DNA of 31,500 nucleotides from positions 1-31,500 of IMG/VR virus record IMGVR_UViG_3300020470_000123; one strand, written 5' to 3'. The notes beneath the pieces are model-generated. The model was given only the letters and a program-made list of their open reading frames with translations, ran no database searches and had not been told where the DNA came from. How positions within the stretch are numbered: position 1 is the stretch's first letter; the number at the start of each line of letters is the position of its first letter. Of the stretch, positions 28,156-31,500 are shown one piece after another. The translations under genes and the position numbers were made by a program. Source of the stretch: a virus (lineage: Duplodnaviria > Caudoviricetes).

Positions 28156-28719
28156 CTATTTGTCAATGATGATCATACTCTGATCTACAAAATCAAAGTT
28201 TAGATTAACAGAGATTATTGTTTTTCTTTTACCTTTTAATGGTGCAGAACGATGTATTATATTAGATGGAAAGGTAACAATATCTCCTTCATTCATATCT
28301 AACTGTACAATCTGCTTGTTTTTTCTATCATAAAACTCTGTACTACTTTGACTATTCTCCAATTCTAAGTTATAGACAAAAGAAACATTAGAATGTGGAT
28401 GTATATGCCAACCGTGTGTATCCTTCTTTATATACTGCTGATACCAACAAGATTCTACTTCACTATCTTCCATACAATAATAATTTAATAACTCATTAAA
28501 GTATTCCTGTGCATTCTCTGCAAATAGCATATAATACTCAGGGGCAATATCTCTGTCCGAAAAGAAATCAGTTCTATCAATATGATCTAAGGATGCAATA
28601 TATTTCTTTCCGTGAATATCATTTTTAATGATATCTAATAACTTATCCTTAATTAAACTATGTGTTTTTAATTGATACTTCCAGATATCCATATCTAAAG
28701 TATCATCAATAACTTGCAT
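28156..28719 (-). CDS. putative 2OG-Fe(II) oxygenase (TIGR02466/2OG-FeII_Oxy_5-like)
   Basis: 187 aa with W.Q.Y....H.WHIH....S.VY.L, EGDIVTFPS.I.H.S and a distal R...IS.N, the pattern of phage 2OG-Fe(II) oxygenases. Confidence 0.8.
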   Translation of the reverse strand: MQVIDDTLDMDIWKYQLKTHSLIKDKLLDIIKNDIHGKKYIASLDHIDRTDFFSDRDIAPEYYMLFAENAQEYFNELLNYYCMEDSEVESCWYQQYIKKDTHGWHIHPHSNVSFVYNLELENSQSSTEFYDRKNKQIVQLDMNEGDIVTFPSNIIHRSAPLKGKRKTIISVNLNFDFVDQSMIIIDK

Positions 28720-28876
28720 CTGCCATTATACTACTATCAAATACAATCGACTCATAACTAAGTTCATCTTTATAATACGAATGATATAACCTTCCCCATA
28801 TAAGATCAAACTCTGATTGATCCAAGTCTTTAAACAATACCTCTCCTCTTAAGTATATGTGAAAGGTATTAGGCAT
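28706..28876 (-). CDS. small hypothetical protein (56 aa, start reassigned to MPNTF)
   Basis: The internal ATG at 28876 overlaps the end of the AbrB-like ORF. The sequence resembles 27212-27382. Confidence 0.7.
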   Translation of the reverse strand: MPNTFHIYLRGEVLFKDLDQSEFDLIWGRLYHSYYKDELSYESIVFDSSIMADASY

Positions 28877-29039
28877 CTTCTGTAATAATAAGTTCTTCAC
28901 CATCTGTTTTAAAATTTACTTCCGTATCTTCAAACCATCCTTGATCATTTACTACCCATTCAGGTATTCTAACAAAATATTCACCAGATACTGTATCGAC
29001 TTCTATGGGGCGTTTATCTTCTGGGTTATTTTTTAGCAT
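28869..29039 (-). CDS. AbrB/MazE/SpoVT-like DNA-binding domain protein (56 aa)
   Basis: GEYFVRIPEWVVNDQGWFEDTEVNFKTDGEELII fits the AbrB swapped-hairpin pattern (G..v.IP..i...lgw..G..v......d..lii). ATG at 29039 is preferred over the TTG at 29060. Confidence 0.7.
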   Translation of the reverse strand: MLKNNPEDKRPIEVDTVSGEYFVRIPEWVVNDQGWFEDTEVNFKTDGEELIITEDA

Positions 29040-29060
29040 TACAACTATTCTGTTTTTCAA

Positions 29061-29258
29061 TTATATATCAAATACGGTTTTCTCGCAAGTCGACCCTGTG
29101 GGCATTTTTTAACAGCGAAAAAAAATTTGAAGTTTGATGGAATATTGTTCTCGCTTTCGTAACACTTTGTAGGTTAGGGTCTCTATGCTTTTTTATAACG
29201 GGGGCAGGGGGCGAACCCCCACACACGGGGGCACTGCCAATACACGAACGACTAACCC
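29061..29258. other. structured non-coding boundary between early region and downstream genes
   Basis: About 200 nt without a credible ORF. Contains G5/C5 tracts forming GGGGG-TTCG-CCCCC on minus, A/T tracts, and a repeated TTCTCGC at 29080 and 29148. Confidence 0.55.
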
Positions 29259-29471
29259 TTACTGCACATCACCCAAGGCAGTTGCACAGGTGTTAGCGGT
29301 GATGCCATTATTAGAAGCACACCTCACTCTGCTGCTGCCACCCTTAATGCGTGATGCCCATTTGTTCGCTGCTCTTCCGTGTGCAGTCTTAAGGCGGGTC
29401 ACCTTCCATACTCTCCCGTTGATCTCAACCTCAGTTGTTGGAACTGTTAAACCGAATGGAGTTGAAGTCAT
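29259..29471 (-). CDS. small basic early hypothetical protein (70 aa)
   Basis: ORF begins 24 nt downstream of the TATAAT of element A. Confidence 0.75.
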   Translation of the reverse strand: MTSTPFGLTVPTTEVEINGRVWKVTRLKTAHGRAANKWASRIKGGSSRVRCASNNGITANTCATALGDVQ

Positions 29472-29495
29472 TTGTGATTTGTTTGGTATGTACTT

Positions 29496-29553
29496 ATTAT
29501 AAAACCCTCACCCCACGAATGGGGCAAGGGTGGACCAGTTTGTTTACTGGCAT
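29496..29553 (-). promoter_or_regulatory. early promoter/stem-loop element A
   Basis: Dyad ggaccagt-ttgttt-actggcat (29532-29553), 12-bp hairpin with UUCG loop and two G.U pairs (29504-29531), TATAAT at 29501-29496. Spacer is 30 nt. Confidence 0.8.
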
Positions 29554-29726
29554 CTATCCTCAAACATTTGCTGTGCTTTTCTTTCTATTGCAACTAATGT
29601 GCCTGAAGGTTGCCTCCAACATAACTCATTTAACTCATCATCTGTTAACTGGTTATGAACACGGAACTCTTCCCACGCTTCATCGTGGCACATTTCCATT
29701 AGTGCTTCGTGATTTGCAGTACTCAT
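29544..29726 (-). CDS. small acidic early hypothetical protein (60 aa; start reassigned to MSTANH)
   Basis: The track start at 29750 is only 2 nt from the -10 box. The second ATG (29726) fits the 21-26 nt -10-to-ATG distance seen at the other four elements. Confidence 0.7.
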   Translation of the reverse strand: MSTANHEALMEMCHDEAWEEFRVHNQLTDDELNELCWRQPSGTLVAIERKAQQMFEDRCQ

Positions 29727-29752
29727 TTGAATGGTTTGCTTATTACTCATTT

Positions 29753-29810
29753 AGTATAGCAAAAAAAGAGGGGGTGTGAACCCCCTCTGTGCCAATTTAA
29801 TAATCGTTTA
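29753..29810 (-). promoter_or_regulatory. early promoter/stem-loop element B (terminator-like hairpin plus -10)
   Basis: Dyad gtgccaat-ttaata-atcgttta (29789-29810, distal arm degenerate), GAGGGGGT-TCAC-ACCCCCTC followed by T7, TATACT at 29758-29753. Spacer is 30 nt. Confidence 0.8.
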
Positions 29811-29913
29811 AGATTGAGGTTCTTCTGCGTGGTGCATATGTGAGAACCTCTTCCTTTTGCTTACGCTCTGCTTCTTTGAGTGCTGCGTAGATCTCAGATG
29901 TTAAAGGTTGCAT
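29797..29913 (-). CDS. small early protein (38 aa; not in track)
   Basis: MQPLTSEIYAALKEAERKQKEEVLTYAPRRRTSILNDY*. ATG immediately follows the previous TAA and the stop lies within dyad B. Confidence 0.65.
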   Translation of the reverse strand: MQPLTSEIYAALKEAERKQKEEVLTYAPRRRTSILNDY

Positions 29914-30048
29914 TTAAAAAAGGCAGGTTGTTGTAAAAAGGATTATACTAAGGATAGCAAGTGCATTACGCTCTTCACGAACATCCTTAACATTTTGTAA
30001 GGCATCATAGATTTGTGCCTTAGTGTTTTTCAAAGTGACTTGAGTCAT
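29914..30048 (-). CDS. small early protein with C-terminal hydrophobic tail (44 aa; not in track)
   Basis: MTQVTLKNTKAQIYDALQNVKDVREERNALAILSIILFTTTCLF*. Tightly packed between neighbouring ORFs. Confidence 0.65.
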   Translation of the reverse strand: MTQVTLKNTKAQIYDALQNVKDVREERNALAILSIILFTTTCLF

Positions 30049-30051
30049 TTG

Positions 30052-30189
30052 TTAAAAATCGTTGTTAGATTTCAGATAGTCATCAAGGTCTCTCTTTGTA
30101 TCATCTGAAAGGGTTTCAGAGATTGCGTCCTCCATGAGTGCTGCTATAGCATCATCAGTAACGAAATCATCAAAACGTGGGAAAGACAT
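30052..30189 (-). CDS. small acidic early protein (45 aa; not in track)
   Basis: MSFPRFDDFVTDDAIAALMEDAISETLSDDTKRDLDDYLKSNNDF*. ATG is 21 nt downstream of the -10 of element C. Confidence 0.7.
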   Translation of the reverse strand: MSFPRFDDFVTDDAIAALMEDAISETLSDDTKRDLDDYLKSNNDF

Positions 30190-30210
30190 TGAATTAAATC
30201 TGATATGTGA

Positions 30211-30269
30211 ATAATAGGCGGTTGAGAGGGCAACCGCAACCCATGTTGTGCCAGTTTAATTACTGGTTA
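30211..30269 (-). promoter_or_regulatory. early promoter/stem-loop element C
   Basis: Dyad gtgccagt-ttaatt-actggtta (30248-30269), hairpin GCGGTTG-CCCTCT-CAACCGC, TATTAT at 30216-30211. Spacer is 31 nt. Confidence 0.8.
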
Positions 30270-30486
30270 GGTTATCAAAGAAATCCTGTGGTAATGTTTT
30301 AGCATTAACCCCGTCTAACCATTTGTTGATGTGGCGACTGGTGGTTACGCTCCACTTACGCTCTGTTCTGTAGTACTCATAGTCTGGAGTCCTAGCAGCG
30401 ACAGGAGTGTTGTAAGAGAAGAAAACTTGATGTCCGTCGGCAAGGTTAATCTGAGTTTGATTAGTGCCGAGTTTGAGGAGTTGCAT
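30256..30486 (-). CDS. widespread small phage early protein (FSYxTPVA...SxTTSRHINKWL type), 76 aa
   Basis: ORF fills the space between elements D and C. The motif is recalled from many phage hypothetical proteins. Confidence 0.8.
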   Translation of the reverse strand: MQLLKLGTNQTQINLADGHQVFFSYNTPVAARTPDYEYYRTERKWSVTTSRHINKWLDGVNAKTLPQDFFDNLTSN

Positions 30487-30511
30487 TTAGAATCCTTTGG
30501 TTAACAATTTA

Positions 30512-30569
30512 ATAATAGCAACTCAGAGAGGAGTTGCCACTCAGGGTGTGCCAGTTAGATAACCTGCAC
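30512..30569 (-). promoter_or_regulatory. early promoter/stem-loop element D
   Basis: Dyad gtgccagt-tagata-acctgcac (30548-30569), hairpin GCAACTC-CTCTCT-GAGTTGC, TATTAT at 30517-30512. Spacer is 30 nt. Confidence 0.8.
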
Positions 30570-31064
30570 ACCGTACTGATGAATTTCTTTCTGGGATATG
30601 GTAACACCTATTCGGGGGTCTTTGGCATTGCCTGACCTCTTCTTAGGGTACTGCTTCTTTGCCTTTGGAAGTACAATACTTAAGACATCATTACAGTTTA
30701 GTTTCCATACTTCGGCAATCTTTCCACCCTCATACCGTGCGTAGTAGTGGTTTTGATACTTGCCGATCTTATCCTCTATGAGGTATTTTTCCTGGAGTTC
30801 CCAGGTGTCCTGCACAGAGATGCCATTGTAAGTTGCGTTGATAGTCTTTGAAATGGTTGACTTGTATTCGCAACCTCCGTCAGCATCAAAGGCATCTGCT
30901 CCAGAGTAGTCATCAGCAACCTTATGTCCCAACAACCCTGCCATGTGGATCTCACGGGAACGGGCATAACTGAAAGGATCGCCCCAACCATTGTCCTCAC
31001 ACAGAGAATAAAGTTGTTCATAAAGGTTTCGGTACTGGACTTCGGGTGATGTGGTGTGCATCAT
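30555..31064 (-). CDS. PvuII-like PD-(D/E)xK restriction endonuclease-fold protein (169 aa)
   Basis: Start reassigned to ATG 31064 (GGAGGT RBS, ATGA overlap with upstream ORF). Catalytic GADAFDADGGCEYKS, with end-to-end resemblance to recalled PvuII (GNDAVDNAGQEYELKS; IAKY...FAIY.G..I..IY.L...D; NPKI...HG). Confidence 0.7.
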   Translation of the reverse strand: MMHTTSPEVQYRNLYEQLYSLCEDNGWGDPFSYARSREIHMAGLLGHKVADDYSGADAFDADGGCEYKSTISKTINATYNGISVQDTWELQEKYLIEDKIGKYQNHYYARYEGGKIAEVWKLNCNDVLSIVLPKAKKQYPKKRSGNAKDPRIGVTISQKEIHQYGVQVI

Positions 31065-31237
31065 CTCACCTCCGAAGAGATGAGATCCCACACCTGAGAG
31101 AAACGCTCAGAGGTAAAGTTTGAATTCTCCTCTGGATATTCTTCTGCCTCCTCATCCCATTTTTCAGGGAGATCGAAGCAGTATGCCTGAGTGAAAACTT
31201 CGTTAATCAATCTGAGATCTTCTTGAGAGAGATTCAT
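31061..31237 (-). CDS. small acidic early protein (58 aa; not in track)
   Basis: MNLSQEDLRLINEVFTQAYCFDLPEKWDEEAEEYPEENSNFTSERFSQVWDLISSEVR*. ATG is 21 nt after the -10 of element E, and the gene is translationally coupled to the nuclease. Confidence 0.75.
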   Translation of the reverse strand: MNLSQEDLRLINEVFTQAYCFDLPEKWDEEAEEYPEENSNFTSERFSQVWDLISSEVR

Positions 31238-31258
31238 TGGATTTGTGTAACTGTTAAT

Positions 31259-31316
31259 ATAATAACCCCATCCAGTTAAGAATGGGGTTAGAGTGTGCCA
31301 GTTTAATAATTGGCAC
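31259..31316 (-). promoter_or_regulatory. early promoter/stem-loop element E
   Basis: Near-perfect dyad gtgccagt-ttaata-attggcac (31295-31316), hairpin TAACCCCATTC-TTAACT-GGATGGGGTTA, TATTAT at 31264-31259. Spacer is 30 nt. Confidence 0.85.
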
Positions 31317-31500
31317 AGAAGTTATTTGCCCAATCAGGTAATCCCCATCCTCCGATGCCAAACTCTTTGCGATGCACAAGGCGTTGATAGATCTTTACAA
31401 TCTCATTCAATTCCTCTATCTTGAGATCATCACCCTCCCAACACTCAAGGTAATCGGTGTTAGCAACATCAGGGTTTCCATCTGCAAAGGTGGGGCAACT
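31303..31500 (-). CDS. 3' part of an early hypothetical protein (start outside window)
   Basis: Open frame from the window edge: SCPTFADGNPDVANTDYLECWEGDDLKIEELNEIVKIYQRLVHRKEFGIGGWGLPDWANNFCANY*. The stop lies inside dyad E. Confidence 0.7.
   Translation of the reverse strand, partial: SCPTFADGNPDVANTDYLECWEGDDLKIEELNEIVKIYQRLVHRKEFGIGGWGLPDWANNFCANY

Noticed and set aside
29200-29231. G-quadruplex from the G5 tracts
   Set aside because: Only three G5 tracts are present on the plus strand and a C5 tract competes for pairing. Hairpins are the simpler explanation.
29192-29255. A sixth full early promoter element (TTGGCAG ... TATAAA)
   Set aside because: Spacing is 36 nt rather than 30-31, the distal arm is missing, the -10 lacks the final T, and no ORF follows. 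It is kept only as part of the non-coding boundary finding.
27052-29514. 12-bp inverted repeat (ggggtgagggtt at 27052-27063, aaccctcacccc at 29503-29514) that could bound an invertible segment
   Set aside because: Both copies are parts of low-complexity GC hairpins, genes inside and outside share the same orientation, and no invertase is present. Probably chance.
29185-29779. Plus-strand ORFs 29185-29502 and 29435-29779
   Set aside because: They are antisense to promoter-supported minus-strand genes and run across the regulatory hairpins.
30776-31091. Alternate-frame ORF 30776-31021 and the GTG start at 31091 for the nuclease
   Set aside because: The former is nested in the nuclease gene. 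The latter overlaps the upstream 58-aa gene, whereas ATG 31064 has a GGAGGT RBS and ATGA coupling.
29496-31316. CRISPR array interpretation of the repeated dyads
   Set aside because: The repeats are degenerate and spaced 257-747 nt apart by whole genes, and no cas genes are present.

Overview
The window is a segment of a T4-like cyanomyovirus genome (Kyanoviridae-like, AT-rich, probably a P-SSM2-type Prochlorococcus/Synechococcus phage). All credible genes lie on the minus strand. Read in the direction of transcription (right to left), there are five parts. (1) An early-gene region (~29.2-31.5 kb) of short ORFs in cassette-like units. Each unit is delimited by a repeated element: a 22-bp dyad GTGCCAGT-N6-ACTGGCAC, a variable GC hairpin, and a -10 box at a fixed 30-31 nt spacing. 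In all five copies the stop codon of the upstream gene lies inside the dyad. One unit carries a PvuII-like restriction endonuclease with no adjacent methylase. (2) A structured non-coding boundary (~29.06-29.26 kb). (3) A small-gene cluster: AbrB-like protein, 2OG-Fe(II) oxygenase, GT2-like glycosyltransferase, two paralogous 56-aa proteins and a basic 49-aa protein, ending in an intrinsic terminator. (4) The late baseplate operon gp25-gp6-gp7 (4859 aa, with nested repeat domains and a split YHYH-like domain)-gp8-vrlC, with T4-type late promoters. (5) Two basic small proteins with N-termini resembling the T4 capsid-targeting sequence. Family assignments come from recalled motifs, not database searches.
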